From Eledone cirrhosa (lineage: Eukaryota): a stretch of 64,000 nt of DNA. This document shows positions 51,690 through 63,823 of the stretch, piece by piece. Position 1 is the stretch's first letter; every line of letters starts with the position of its first letter. The notes beneath the pieces were generated by a model that saw only the letters and a list, made by a program, of their open reading frames with translations, was not told the DNA's origin and searched no databases. The DNA is taken from assembly GCA_964016885.1 (NCBI GenBank), contig OZ024740.1:51584001-51648000 (forward strand), in the 5' to 3' direction. A program made the position numbers and the translations under genes.

Positions 51690-54245
51690 AAGAACACTTA
51701 GAGTCGGACAATATAGAGGGACAGTGGGAATTTCTGAAAGCAAACCTGCTGTTGGCCACAGACGAAGTCTGTGGCTGGAGCAGGCCTGTAGGCAGGAGGA
51801 GAGTAACATGGTGGTGGAACAGTAAGGTGGAGGAGTCAATTAAGGCCAAAAAGCAGGCTTGGAAAGTATGGCGGGATGGGGGAAGTAGAGTAGACTATCA
51901 AGTGGCCAGGAGGGAAGCTAGGAGAGAAGTGTACTTAGCAAGAAGGGAAGCTGAGGAAAGAAAGTTCAAGCATGTCCTACAACGCGATGACCAAAAACGT
52001 GAGGTGTTCAGGATTGCTAGGCAATGCGTCAAGGAAAACCGTGATATTGTCGGGGAGAAGTGTGTACTTAACGATGATGGCATACTTGCCATCACCGACA
52101 CTGATAAGAAGGCAGCTTGGAAGTGTCACTATGAAAGGCTACTAAATGAGGAGAATAAATGGGAGAAAGACAGTCTCCCCCATGTCGACCCAATAGAGGG
52201 ACCAGCAGTGTTAGTCGAGGGGAGTATAATAAGTAAGGCAATCAAGGATATGAAGACAGGTAAGGCGGCTGGGCCTTCGGAAATAGTTGCTGAGATGCTG
52301 AAGGCATCTGGCACGGTGGGACACACCATGGTCACCCGCATAGTTAACCAAGTCGTACAGAATGGGGCTGTTCCGAAGGACTGGCATAGCAGCATCATCG
52401 TTAACTGTTATAAGGGTAAAGGAGACGCCCTAGATAGGAGTAACTATAGAGGCATTAAATTAATCGACCAGGTCATGAAGGTCACAGAAAAAGTAATAGC
52501 GCAACTAATCAGAGAGAGAATTGACCTAGATGAAATGCAGTTCGGGTTTGTGTCAGGCAAAAGTACCACAGACGCTCTTTTCATAGTACGACAACTACAG
52601 GAGAAGTACCTAGCTAAAGGTAAACCCCTCTACTTAGCTTTTGTCGACTTGGAGAAAGCCTTCGACAGAGTCCCCCGCTCCATTATCTGGTGGGCTCTTA
52701 GAAAACTAGGCGTTGACGAATGGCTTGTGAGGGCTATACAAGCCATGTATAAAGAAACAGTCAGCAAGGTTAGAATTAACAACGAATATAGTGAAGAGTT
52801 TAGCGTAAAAGTTGGCGTCCATCAGGGCTCTGTTCTCAGCCCCCTACTATTTATTATTGCCCTTCAGGCTATAACAGAGGAGTTCAAGACAGGCTGCCCA
52901 TGGGAACTCCTATACGCAGACGACCTGACACTCATAGCGGAATCAATGGCCGAGCTAGAGAAGAAATTCCAAACATGGAAGCACGGCCTAGAGTCAAAAG
53001 GACTTAAAATTAACCTGGCTAAGACCAAAGTTCTAGTTTGTAGGAAAGAAAACAAGGCGGCGGTCCCTTCTGGGAAATGGTCGTGCTCGGTGTGTAGGAA
53101 AGGCGTAGGTAGAAACTCCATTTTGTGTCCTAAATGCAAAGTATGGGTGCATAAAAGATGTAGTGGGATCACAGGTAAGCTAACTAAGAACATAGATTTT
53201 ACATGTGGCCGGTGTTCTGGTGCAATAAGTAGCAGCAAGTGCCCACACAATACTAGCTCTTTCAATTGCGCAGAGGGTTCTATAGAAATAGTGGACAGCT
53301 TCCGTTACCTGGGCGATAAAATCAGCAGTGGGGGAGGGTGCTCTGAAAGTACTGTAGCTAGAGTCAGAACTGGTTGGAAAAAGTTCAGAGAGCTTATACC
53401 ACTATTAGCTGCTAAAGGGTTCTCCCTAAAAATGAAAGGCAGGTTGTACGATGCCTGCATACGAACAGCAATGTTGCATGGCAGTGAGACCTGGGCATTG
53501 TGTGCAGAGGATATACGCAGACTAGAGAGGAACGAAGCTTGCATGCTCCGCTGGATGTGTAACAGTAATATACGTGAACGGCAAAGCATAAACGAACTAA
53601 GGAAAAAATTAGAGATAAGAGGGATCAGATGTTGTTTACTCGAGAGAAGGCTACGTTGGTATGGACACGTGATGCGCATGAAAGTCGATAGCTGTATAAC
53701 AAAGTGCAGGGCAATAAAGATAGACGGTAGCCACGGAATAGGCAGACCTAGAAAAACCTGGGACGAGCTGATAAACTCCGACCTCACACACTTACACCTC
53801 TCCAAGACAATGTCACTGGACCGAGACCTTTGGCGGTACTCAGTAACAGAGAAGACCCGCCTTGCCAGTAGGCATCTCTAACAAAATACACCCCGTCCCA
53901 CCACCACCACCCCCACCCCATCCACACCACCCCGTCCTATGTAAAGTTATGTTGGTGCCGCGCCATCCGGGCCGAAACAAATGAGATCGTGTAGGTGTCA
54001 CGACAAAAAAACACACAGTCCACGCTGTAATGTGGCCGTGTAGGCAACACGGTAAAAACCTCCCAGACCCACACTGTAAATGTGGTTGGTGTTAGGAAGG
54101 GCATCCAACTGTAGAAAACCTGCCAGACAGTCCTATGCGAGCAAGACAATCACTCTTGCCTCAAGTGGGACTACCCCCGTCCAAACCCATGCAAGCGTGG
54201 AACACGGACGTTAAACGTTGATGATGATGATGATGATGATGATGA
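51688..54245 (+). mobile_element. Young 5'-truncated RTE LINE with an uninterrupted RT ORF
   Basis: Starts at (TA)n, ORF runs to 53881, then 3' UTR and (GAT)n tail. Confidence 0.96.
51752..53881 (+). CDS. RTE reverse transcriptase with embedded PHD-like finger (endonuclease lost by truncation)
   Basis: WWWN, NYRGIKL, QFGF, FVDLEKAFDRV, GVHQGSVLSP, LLYADD, CxxC...CxxC..WVH..C...CxxC, FRYLG, RRLRWYGH. Confidence 0.95.
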   Translation: MATDEVCGWSRPVGRRRVTWWWNSKVEESIKAKKQAWKVWRDGGSRVDYQVARREARREVYLARREAEERKFKHVLQRDDQKREVFRIARQCVKENRDIVGEKCVLNDDGILAITDTDKKAAWKCHYERLLNEENKWEKDSLPHVDPIEGPAVLVEGSIISKAIKDMKTGKAAGPSEIVAEMLKASGTVGHTMVTRIVNQVVQNGAVPKDWHSSIIVNCYKGKGDALDRSNYRGIKLIDQVMKVTEKVIAQLIRERIDLDEMQFGFVSGKSTTDALFIVRQLQEKYLAKGKPLYLAFVDLEKAFDRVPRSIIWWALRKLGVDEWLVRAIQAMYKETVSKVRINNEYSEEFSVKVGVHQGSVLSPLLFIIALQAITEEFKTGCPWELLYADDLTLIAESMAELEKKFQTWKHGLESKGLKINLAKTKVLVCRKENKAAVPSGKWSCSVCRKGVGRNSILCPKCKVWVHKRCSGITGKLTKNIDFTCGRCSGAISSSKCPHNTSSFNCAEGSIEIVDSFRYLGDKISSGGGCSESTVARVRTGWKKFRELIPLLAAKGFSLKMKGRLYDACIRTAMLHGSETWALCAEDIRRLERNEACMLRWMCNSNIRERQSINELRKKLEIRGIRCCLLERRLRWYGHVMRMKVDSCITKCRAIKIDGSHGIGRPRKTWDELINSDLTHLHLSKTMSLDRDLWRYSVTEKTRLASRHL

Positions 54246-54249
54246 TATG

Positions 54250-54281
<32 letters not shown>

Positions 54282-54360
54282 TATATCATCCTCCTCCTCA
54301 CTACTCCCCTATACATGGCTTGTACAGCTTTCACAAGCCATTCATATATACATATATATA

Positions 54361-56540
54361 TATGATGATGGCTGCCCCTTTGTTATTGAGTATGGCCATT
54401 GCACGAGATGAAAAAAACAAAAAAAGAACATAATAATAACAATAATAATAATAATAACGACAACAACAATAATAATATACATATATATATATACACACAC
54501 ACAAACATATCTATACACACACACACGATAGCAATTAACAGCGCTGCGATCGAATGTGGCTTTTTAGCCCAGCCAATGATCTAAAATGTCTTGCACAGAG
54601 TCGGCAACCAAAACATTCACTGGGAATAGCCGGCTGCGGTTGGAGTTCATGTACTTTTGCATTTCGCTTGAGCCCTCCTGCTGATTTACATTCTCTACCA
54701 CATGCTTGGCAAGCATGATGAGTAGCATCTCCAACAGCAGCCTGGTAGTCAACCACTGGTCTTACTTTATGACTGCGAAGATGACTTTCGAGTCTAGCTT
54801 TGCTTAGGCAGAGTCTCGCACAGACACTGCATGTCAGCACCATAGGAGGATGTTCGCCGTCTGGAAGTGCAACAGCAATGCCCTTCCTCACATCCCCCTT
54901 TACTTTCTCGTATGCGATTCGAGATGCCTCAAAGGCAACTTTCCCCTCATATACAGTCTTTCTCCATTTATTACTATCAGCAGCAACATTTTCCCATGTA
55001 TCAGCAGAGATGTTAGCGTCTTTCAAAGAGGCTTTCAAAGAAACCTTATACCTCTTTTTTGGTTTATGTGGCGGTCGTTTTCATTTAACTAACTCTCCAT
55101 AAAATAGTTGTTTAGGTATTCTAGAATCCTTCATCCTGGCAAGGTGACCACTCCAATGGAGTCGTTGCTTAAGCACAAGAGCTTCTATACTGTCACACAT
55201 AGAGCTTTCCAAAATCTCGACATCACTGATGTGGTCCCTCCAGTGAACGCCATGGATCCATCTGAGACACATCTGATGGAAACGCTCCAATTGCTTAAGG
55301 TGGTGTCGATATGTGACCCAGGTCTCGCAGGCATAAAGAAGAGAAGAGAGCACACATGCCTTGTACACCTTTACCTTTGTTTTCTTGCATATGTCTCGCC
55401 GACCCCAGAGTCGCTTTTCTAGCTTTCCGAAAGCGTCACTTGCTTTCCTAATCCTGAGTGGGATTTCACTATCAAGGTGCTGTATCGATTGACAGTGCTT
55501 CCCAGGTAGACAAACTGATCAACCACTCCAAGTCGTTTACCATACACATATATATTTGGTTCACTGTACTGCTTACCAGGGGCAGGTTGGTACATGACGA
55601 TGGTTTTCTTGAGACTGACAGTCAATCCTAGGGCAGTGCAAGCATCAGAAAATGCATTCAAAATGTGCTGCATATCACTCTCTGTGTGCGCTACAAGATC
55701 GCAATCATCTGCATACAAGAGGTCTCTTATGATTGATGTAAATACTTTTACATCAATCATAAGCGCCTGATGTTAAATATGCTGCCTGAGGTTCGATATC
55801 GGATGTAAACACCATGCTCGCAATTCCTGAATGCAATACAGAAAACCATTGCAAAGTATATGGCAAACAGGGTCGGTGCTGGAATATCCCCCTGTTTCAC
55901 TCCATTTTTTACTGAGATAGGCTCCGACATGTTACCTCCGACATTAACCCAAACCTTCATGTCGTCATGGAAAGACCTAACTAAAGCAAGGAACTTATCA
56001 GGGCAACCAAGTTTCTGGAGAACCTTCCATAATGCATCTCTGTTAACAGTATCGAAAGCTTTTGTTAGATCGACAAAAACCTGATACAGATCCAAACCTT
56101 GTTCCATGCACTTCTCCTGGAGCTGTCTAGCTGAGAAGATCATATCAGTAGTGCCGCGTCCAGCACGAAAACCAGATTGACTTTCAGGAAGAATACAATC
56201 TGCAATGTGTGTCAGCAGACGGTCCAGAAGCACCCTACATAAAACTTTCCCTACGACAGAAAGCAATGATACACCTCTGTAGTTCCCCCACCAATCATTC
56301 CTGTTACCATTTCCCTTGTACAAGACCACCATTACTGCATCTCTCCAGTCCTCAGGTACGGATTCATTAGCCCATATCCTGCCAAACAAAGAGTGAAGAT
56401 GTTGCAGGAGTCTCTCATCACCATATTGTAGGAGCTCAGCATGTATGCCATCCATACCTGGAGACCTTCCACTGTTCAGCTTTGAGATAGCCACTGCAAC
56501 CTCCACAATCGTCGGAGGTTCTGCGAGAGCTACTTTCACA
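54361..56540 (-). mobile_element. Degenerate 5'-truncated RTE (BovB-like) LINE with three C-terminal C2H2 zinc fingers
   Basis: Fragments 55757-56540 (PESQSGFR, FVDLTKAFD, GVKQG), 55419-55760 (LLYADD, FVYLGS), 55081-55368 (LLYACETW, WSGH), 54535-55038 (three CxxC fingers). Tail ends in (CAT)n. Confidence 0.92.
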
Positions 56541-57090
56541 GGACTTTTTGGAAGGAGATTTCCTTGCTTATACTTTTGCCTGTACTTTTTGCTTATACCT
56601 CTTACACTTTCAACCAGTGCTGCCTGTAATTGTGTTATCTCAAGCATAACATCTTTTTAACTCCTGACTCTCCACATGATGCCTATGACAAACAACAATT
56701 ATGTAGCCTAAATGTTCTGAATGACTAGGATTTTAGTCACATGTTTCAACATTCCCTATGCTCCGATGATTCCATACTTCCCTCTGGAAGAAACAATTGT
56801 CAGCAAATAAATGTTCTAAACTAAAATTTGATCATTTTAACACTTTGTATATATATATATATATATCATCATCATCATGATATATATATATATATATATA
56901 AATATATTTAATACATTAACAGAGAAAGCCTTAAGCGATACTCTGACCAACTCCATCTCACTCAACAAACTTTAGGATATACCTAAGTATTTTCCCAATT
57001 TAGTGTTTGGGGTGCTAACTAATCAGTATTTCGTGAATAGCTGGTTGTATTATTTTATATGAGACATAATTAAATAAATATCTCTTTCCT

Positions 57091-57206
57091 TCCAGACGAT
57101 CGTTTCGTTATAAGATTTCTACAATTTGGGATAAATAATGTCCAGGTTATGTAGAAACTTGTATATAATCCATACACAAGCGGGCTCTTATAAACTTATC
57201 AGTGGA
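57091..57206 (-). ncRNA. Hammerhead-like motif with expanded, branched stem II (G8>A in this copy)
   Basis: TCCA-CTGATAA-G(T)TTATAAGA[two hairpins]TCTTATAAC-GAAA-CGATCG-TC-TGGA. Confidence 0.65.
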
Positions 57207-57541
57207 TGCCCAAATAATATCGATATAAAAATTACATCGACATTAATAGATTAGTGATGGTCTCTTTCAGCGCTAAAAAGAGACTGGAAGATTCTAAAAA
57301 TCCAGCAGTCATCTCAAGGGTAAAATACACGCTGTCCCCAAGAGGGTAAGGGGAGGTCATCTTAAAATATAAAACAATATACACGCTGGTCATTTAAACC
57401 TGTTAGGTATTATAACCACGTGTTTAAGACCTCAATTGGATATTAAAAGAATAACTATATGTATACACAATCAAAGCACACATAGAGATATTAAAATATA
57501 ATAAATACATGTATGGACCACCCATTATATGTATATCTTTG

Positions 57542-57637
57542 ACCCCGATGGCAAAGCTCAAGCCGTTTCGACGGCTATTTCTGGACTAAATTAGAATTTT
57601 TAGTGTGGTAAATAAATAGCTGAAGTTTTCAAGGAGT
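57542..57637 (-). ncRNA. Degenerate hammerhead motif (U3-A8) in a pLTR related to the adjacent minus-strand PLE
   Basis: ACTCC-TTGAAAA...GCTATTT/AAATAGC...GAAA-CGGC..GCCA-TC-GGGGT. The 3' half recurs at 60682-60711. Confidence 0.5.
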
Positions 57638-57890
57638 AATTCCTTATATGGGAAGATTGTAGTTGTCAAAAAGATTGGTCAAAATTTCTTGTAAACACAA
57701 TTAAGTCTTTCATGGCAGTGGGTGGGAGGTGGGGGTGGCTGAACTTGCCTGTAGAACAATGAGGGAGTGGGTGGAGCCGGTCAAGCGCTGAAAGTGAATT
57801 CTATACAGCAAATTCTAAGGAATGTGTATGAAAATAGGCTAGATAGGAAGCAGGCGAAAAAGGATTCTGGAGAAAATAGAGAGGCGACAT

Positions 57891-58155
57891 TATAGAATAG
57901 GTTAATAAATTGAGATTAGAAGATAATAAATAAATAAATGAATATATAAAAATATAAAATTGGATAGTAAGAAGTAATAAAAAAAAAATCTCTAGAGTCT
58001 AAAACAGCTGCTATATTTAGTTGGTATTGCGTTTTCGGTCAATGCTATAGAATATGTTAATAAATTGAGATTAGAAGATACTCAATAAATAAAAGAAATA
58101 TATAAAATTATAGAATGGTTAGTAAAAAGTAATTGCGTTTTCGGCCAATGCTATA
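57891..58155. repeat. Diverged local tandem duplication (~155-bp period)
   Basis: tatagaata.gttaataaattgagattagaagata at 57891 and 58046. Confidence 0.75.
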
Positions 58156-58391
58156 TATAATTTATTGGGATGGGGGTACTGAGTTTACAAAAGCCCGATG
58201 GGCTGCCTCGGGGTAGGCGAAAGGGGAAAAAGGAAAAGGAAGAGGATAGGGAGTGGAAGGAAGTGATAGGAAGAGATAAAGGGAAGAAGAAAATAAAAAG
58301 TAAAAGAGAAGAAGTACATCTACCTATGTTAGCTGGGGTTTCGCCTACCTTGTTCAGCAAGTGGGGAAAAGGAGGATGTTGCAGCCATTGT

Positions 58392-60713
58392 CTACCCACC
58401 CGGGTCATGAGGGGGTTTGAGGGCGTGGTAAGTCCTACGCAATCGGTGTTTGCATGCAGTTACAAGTTCGTCTTTTTTGTTTAGGAGTTGGTTTTTCGTA
58501 AACAGCATTTGTAATGTTTCCTCCGAGCATAAGTTACACAGACGGCGTCCTCCCGTGTAGGAGTTAGCCCTGGACAGTAAGCTCCAAGTAAGATTGTATG
58601 GCATGTCACCGGGCCGGGTTTCGGAACGTATGTCGGTGTTGGTAGAGCTGGGTCTTAAAGTCACAAGCTGTTAATCCCATATAGGCTTTGTTGGAGGTTT
58701 CCGTCCTCACGTTGCATTGGTAGATCACGTTACGTTCTCGGCATCTGTTGTTGAGGGGGCATGTAGTTCTATCAGGGCAGTTACACCTCCTGGTCAGCTC
58801 TCCACCAATGTCTAGGTTGTTTCTTCCATAGGGGTTGAGTTTCTTGTTGTTTGAGGAGGCAATTGTTTTGTGCGAAGTTAGGTGTGGTGCTGTAGGAGAG
58901 TTTGATAGTGTTTTTGTTGATTATGTTGTGGTAGCGGTGTTGTGGTGGGAAGTGTTTTTCGAGGAGCCTAAAGAAGATTTTCCCGATAGATGTTGCCACC
59001 TCGGCATTGTGGGGCGGGTTGAACCATGTTACGTGGCGTGAGCGGCGGCGTCACCTGCTGGTTCCACTAAGGGCAGCTGGATAAAAGGAAATTTCCTCCA
59101 GAAAGCTGCTTCGCTTGAGGGCCTGGTTGTAATGAGGCGCATGTTCATCGAATATCTGCTCATTAGCGGACAAACGAGATATGCGGAGGGAGATGTTTTT
59201 AACCAGGTTATTGGTGATGTTTCTAGGATGGTAAGAGCGGCGGTGGATGTAGTGCAGGTTGTCGTTTGGTTTCCTGTATGGGTAGTACAGATCATTTTCG
59301 AGGTTGAGGGTAACGTCCAGAATATTGGCTTGGGTTAGGGACGTTTGTAGGGTGATTCTAAATCCTCAGTCCCGGAAGAAGTTGATTAGTTGTTTACGAA
59401 CCCGGTATGTACTACTGGGGTTGTACCCTTTGAGGGTAATGAGCCCATCGTCTCGGTACAATCCTCCGCTGAAAGCAGGAAACATTTCAGTGAGTTTATA
59501 TAGTAGGAATAATCCTATAAGATCGGTCACCTCGGCCGAGTCGGTCGTGCCCATACTGACGTCAAAAGGGGAGTCGGGAGCTCTCTTTATCCACTTGGAG
59601 TTGTCGAAAAAGATGACTGTCTTCCTGGCGTGGAGAATGATGTTTCTTTCCTGGTCGGTGATGGGTGTGAGTGTTTTGGCAAAGTCCAAAGTGGCCGTAA
59701 GGAGTGGTAAGGTAATAGAAGCGTAGTAACTCTCTATGTCGAACTGGATGAATTTGGTGTCCTGTTTGTCCTCAATATTCCTGAACCATGAGATGACTTC
59801 CTGGGTGCTGACCCAAAGGTTAAGTCTCGCGTTTTGCTTAACTTTTGGTATAACGCGGTCTAGGATATTTTTACTGACTCTCCCTATGTCCGACTTCGTC
59901 GGGTTTATAAGCCTGATGGATGGTTTGCGGTCGAAGTCGGATTTGTGGTCCTTCAGGGTGAAGTAGAGAGTCCGTGGGTGGAGGGGTTCAGTGCGGTCGG
60001 CGACCCCGAGGCTGGAGGTAATGTGTTGTCCATCTAGATTTATGTCCTCGATTATTGAATGGTTAGCCTTTTTGTAGGTGGAGTTCAGGCTGCTCCTGAT
60101 CAGTGTGTGGTGTCTGTCAGGGTTGACAAAATATAGGTTTCCAGTTTTGTCCGAATGCACCAAGATGTCGTTGGTGCTTTCATACTCCGTTATTTTGCTA
60201 CGGAGTTGTAGGAATCTGTTGTGTCTGGGTTTGAAATTTAATGCTCTTGACCAGGTGGAAGAGGTCGTTCTCGAAGGGTGAGAGCATAGGGTTCAGTGGG
60301 GGAGATTTGTAGGTATTGAATCCGAATCTCTCCTTGGTGTCGAAGTCCTGATTGTCGCGGTATCTATGATAGAAAAATGTTCTCCATCTCAGTCTTTTCA
60401 CAAACAGGTCGATTTTTTGCGTGAGCATCCGAAGGTAAAGTTTTCTCGGTGGAACTGGGATGTTCTTGGTAGAGAAGTCGATATTGTGTTTTCGCATGGT
60501 GAGGGTAATGAAACTTGAGCTGGGTGGAAAAGTCAGGATACGGCGTGGTAGGGTCGGAAAGTGCTCTACTACGGAGGTAGGAGCTAGATAACGAAGGAGG
60601 TGTGGCAAGGAACCAGATGGACCATAACGTACCAGAGTACTCAATACTTAGGGTAATAGAGTGGGTAATAGGAAAATGTTTGACCCCGACGGCAGAGCTC
60701 AAGCCGTTTCAAC
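58392..60713 (-). mobile_element. Near full-length, frameshifted Penelope-like element (YRDD-type)
   Basis: ATG near 60497 (MRKHNIDFSTKNIP...FVKRLRWR), DKT, TLKDHK, RLINP, QFDIESYY, GLYRDDGL, IKLSYS, CNLCSEE...LLNKKDEL..C.H. The 5' end starts within a hammerhead half. Confidence 0.92.
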
Positions 60714-60769
60714 GTTAATATTACTGCCATTATTATTATTACTATTTCCCACTCTCCTGCTATTGTTAT

Positions 60770-61970
60770 GACAAATTCTCCACTCACACTACGCTAAACC
60801 CATGGCCTCCAAATACCTGATACTCAAAAACTCAGCAATGTCCAGTAGAGCTAAGTTTAATATTCTGATCGCAGACTTGGTATGAGTGATGAAGAACGTG
60901 TCCTGCATGTGCGACCCAACAGAAATGGAAGACACATCCAACACTTCATCAACCATGCAGTTCTCTGGCTACAACCAAAGAGACAGAATCAGAGTATACA
61001 AAGGAGCCACGGAGAAGTATAAGACACTCATAGAACTGGACATGAAAGGAATTTGCCCATTATACAGGAGCAAATCATGGAATAGCTTAGATAGGACTAA
61101 ACATAAGATAGGGAAAGTCACCTCTTGGTACGACAACCAGAGATACCAGAGTGTCCTGTTTGTGGACGCTACCCCTGGAGGGAAATTAGCTAACCAGTGT
61201 AGAAAGGCCCTGAGAAAGACCCACTTAAAGATTAAAGTGGTAGAAAAGACAGGAACAACCATAAAATCCCTGATCAGCAAAACATACCCTTTTAAGAAAA
61301 CCCACTGTACTAATAGAAAATGTGTTATATGTAAAGTAAACCCCCGGATAAACTGTAAAACTAGAAACGTAGTCTATAGCATAAGATGTACAGGGGTACT
61401 TGCTGAAACATGACAACAACATACATAGGCGAGACAGCTCGTAGCATAGGTGAAAGGATAGACCAACACTTGGGGGGGGGGGGGCTAAAAGGATGAAAAA
61501 ACGGTTCAGTACTATACGAACAAGCCAGACAACAACATGACGGTAACATAGACAACATAGAAATTAGAATAATATCTAAACATAGAAATGACCCAGCAGA
61601 TAGGCAAATCAGAAAGGCCAGTGAAATAGAGCTTAGAAGGCCAAAGCTAAACAGAAAAGAAATGAATGGAATAACAACACCCAAATAAAAAATACTGACT
61701 TAAGAGAAATATAAATAAATAAATAAATAAATAAATATATACACAAGCACAATAACAACAAACCAATGTAAACACACACTAGTAAACCAAGATAGAATAC
61801 AATAACCAAAACAGTCACCCAAACGCGAACACACGCAAACGCATGCGCAGAGAAGAAGAAAAAAAAACCCAGATAAAATGAAAATGGCGTAGATATACAA
61901 TACAACAGGAGGAATATAATAGTACCACTGATGATGTTGCAGATGTGCAACGAAAGAACTTTGTTATACT
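60770..61970 (+). mobile_element. 5'-truncated, degenerate Penelope-like element of probable Naiad type
   Basis: HYAKPMAS...SAM...K.NIL, SGY, LFVDATPGGKLA, KVVEKTG, CxxxxCxxC, NVVYSIRC, then frameshifted YIGETARS...LNRKE. Hammerhead motif at the 3' end, then (TA)n. Confidence 0.82.
61921..61970 (+). ncRNA. Degenerate type I hammerhead motif
   Basis: agtacca-CTGATGA-t GTTGCA gatg TGCAAC-GAAA-gaac-TT-tgttatact; stem I is imperfect. Confidence 0.6.
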
Positions 61971-62158
61971 ATATATATATGTGTTTATATCTATATTATA
62001 TCTGTATTTTTGACCGTTGGTCAGTCAATGATAAACATTGAGGACCAAATGAATTAACTGTGGAGATATAAAAGATACAGAAGCGAAAACCAACCAAACA
62101 GTGAGTGTGTTCTGTTATTATTTCTGACAGTATTATTACAACAATATGACTCTCCCCA

Positions 62159-62232
<74 letters not shown>

Positions 62233-62237
<5 letters not shown>

Positions 62238-62445
62238 AGAAAAACCACAGACCCTCCATCTCAACTCACCTTTTGAAAAGCAGAAGAACTGCGAAACCGG
62301 TAAAGGAACCAAATAAATATATATATTTTTAAAAAAAATAAGACTCCAGTTGCATTTTCGATTTCATCTCTTTTTCTTTATACTTTCACTCGTGTAGGAC
62401 ACCTCGGTTATTTTTCATTTTGTAAAAAAACACCCTCACTTTCTA

Positions 62446-62446
<1 letters not shown>
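62233..62446 (+). mobile_element. Solo pLTR 3' fragment of the 37766-40433 PLE family, with intact hammerhead at 62269-62306
   Basis: Near identical to 40286-40433 and to the reverse complement of 37766-37977; embedded in (TA)n. Confidence 0.92.
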
Positions 62447-62479
<33 letters not shown>

Positions 62480-62578
62480 GAGAGTTCGAAATAATAAACA
62501 AACGCAGGAGTAAATGTTACATGTTGTTATTAGCTTCTCACTTGGTGAGAGTGTGTGTGAGGGGGGGGGAGGTTAAAA

Positions 62579-62671
<93 letters not shown>

Positions 62672-63267
62672 GATATATATATATAAATGAGAGGTATAGA
62701 GATTGTTTTAGCAAGAAGCTAACGGCATTCTATAACATATATGCGACTATAACGTCAAGATGGGAAAAGTAGTTAACGAAAGATTTAGGAAAAATAACTC
62801 AAACTCATCTCAAAAGAGAATCAGGATATAAATTCATCCACAGAATTTAGTGAAATCCAGGGAAAAATCTATAGACCTTTAACTCATGATAAAATAAAGT
62901 TTGAAACACTTATCCTTCAATTTGGAATAACATCAAATGCTCTGTATAGTCTTAAAAGACTATTTCATGAAAACTTTCAGTGGAGATGGTGACGGTTGGA
63001 TTTCATTCATCAGCAGAGCTCAACAGAAAACCAGGGCTCTCACAGTAATATAATCCGAAAAAGGGAATTCTAAAACTGGCTAGTTCGCCTTCATGTGTAA
63101 TTATGAAAAAGCACATGAGGAAAAAACGGGGCTAGTGACGTCAGGATGGAAGTGAATGTTTATTTACAAGAAATAGCAGTCAAATACATTCTGAAAAAAA
63201 CTCTACAATATATATATATATATATACAATATATATATATATATATACAATATATATATATATATAT

Positions 63268-63375
63268 ATAACGAAGGAAGTGTGGTAAGGAACCAGGTGG
63301 ACCATAACGCACCAGAGTACTCAATACTAAGGGTAGTAGAGTGCTTTGCCGTCGGGGTCTTAAACATTTCCTATA
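63268..63375. mobile_element. Short pLTR fragment of the 58392-60713 PLE family with an internal inversion
   Basis: 63268-63343 matches 60588-60663; 63343-63375 is similar to the reverse complement of 60668-60699. Confidence 0.8.
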
Positions 63376-63471
63376 TATGTCAACATGAATAGACCTGCTA
63401 TTTTTATCTAAAGACATTTTTTTGCAATTCCAACCCGCTCGTCTCCTCAATCTATTTTATTTCTCATTCTT

Positions 63472-63507
63472 TCTTCTGATGAAGGACTAGCGTCCGAAAC
63501 GTTAAGA
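63472..63507 (+). ncRNA. Minimal type I hammerhead ribozyme, canonical core
   Basis: TCTT-CTGATGA-a GGAC tagc GTCC-GAAA-CG-TT-AAGA, with palindromic AACGTT. Confidence 0.8.
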
Positions 63508-63592
63508 CCCTCTTCCTGCTATATCAAGCGTTAACCTAATATATACCTCTCATATACTGTACCCATTGTGTTGTTATTTCTGTTTACCTTTT

Positions 63593-63638
<46 letters not shown>

Positions 63639-63823
63639 TAAATCGAAATAAGTTTCGAAATGAAAAAGTGAAAAAATACCCCGTTCAGCTCTCCTCGGCA
63701 AGTACCCTGAACAATTGGTATGTTTCACTTCAAAATATTTAAAAAGACTGTTTAACGCACATGGTTTTCCAGTATCTAGCTGCCGCATACTCGTTCTGCT
63801 AGAAATAACAGCCGTTTATATGG

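Noticed and set aside
61401-61428. Selenocysteine UGA in the Naiad-like element
   Set aside because: Some Naiads encode Sec, but here the TGA codons lie beside a frameshift in a decayed copy with other stops, the Zn-finger cysteines use normal codons, and I saw no SECIS.
63136-63143. CRE palindrome TGACGTCA
   Set aside because: A single 8-mer is expected by chance in this much sequence and has no promoter context.
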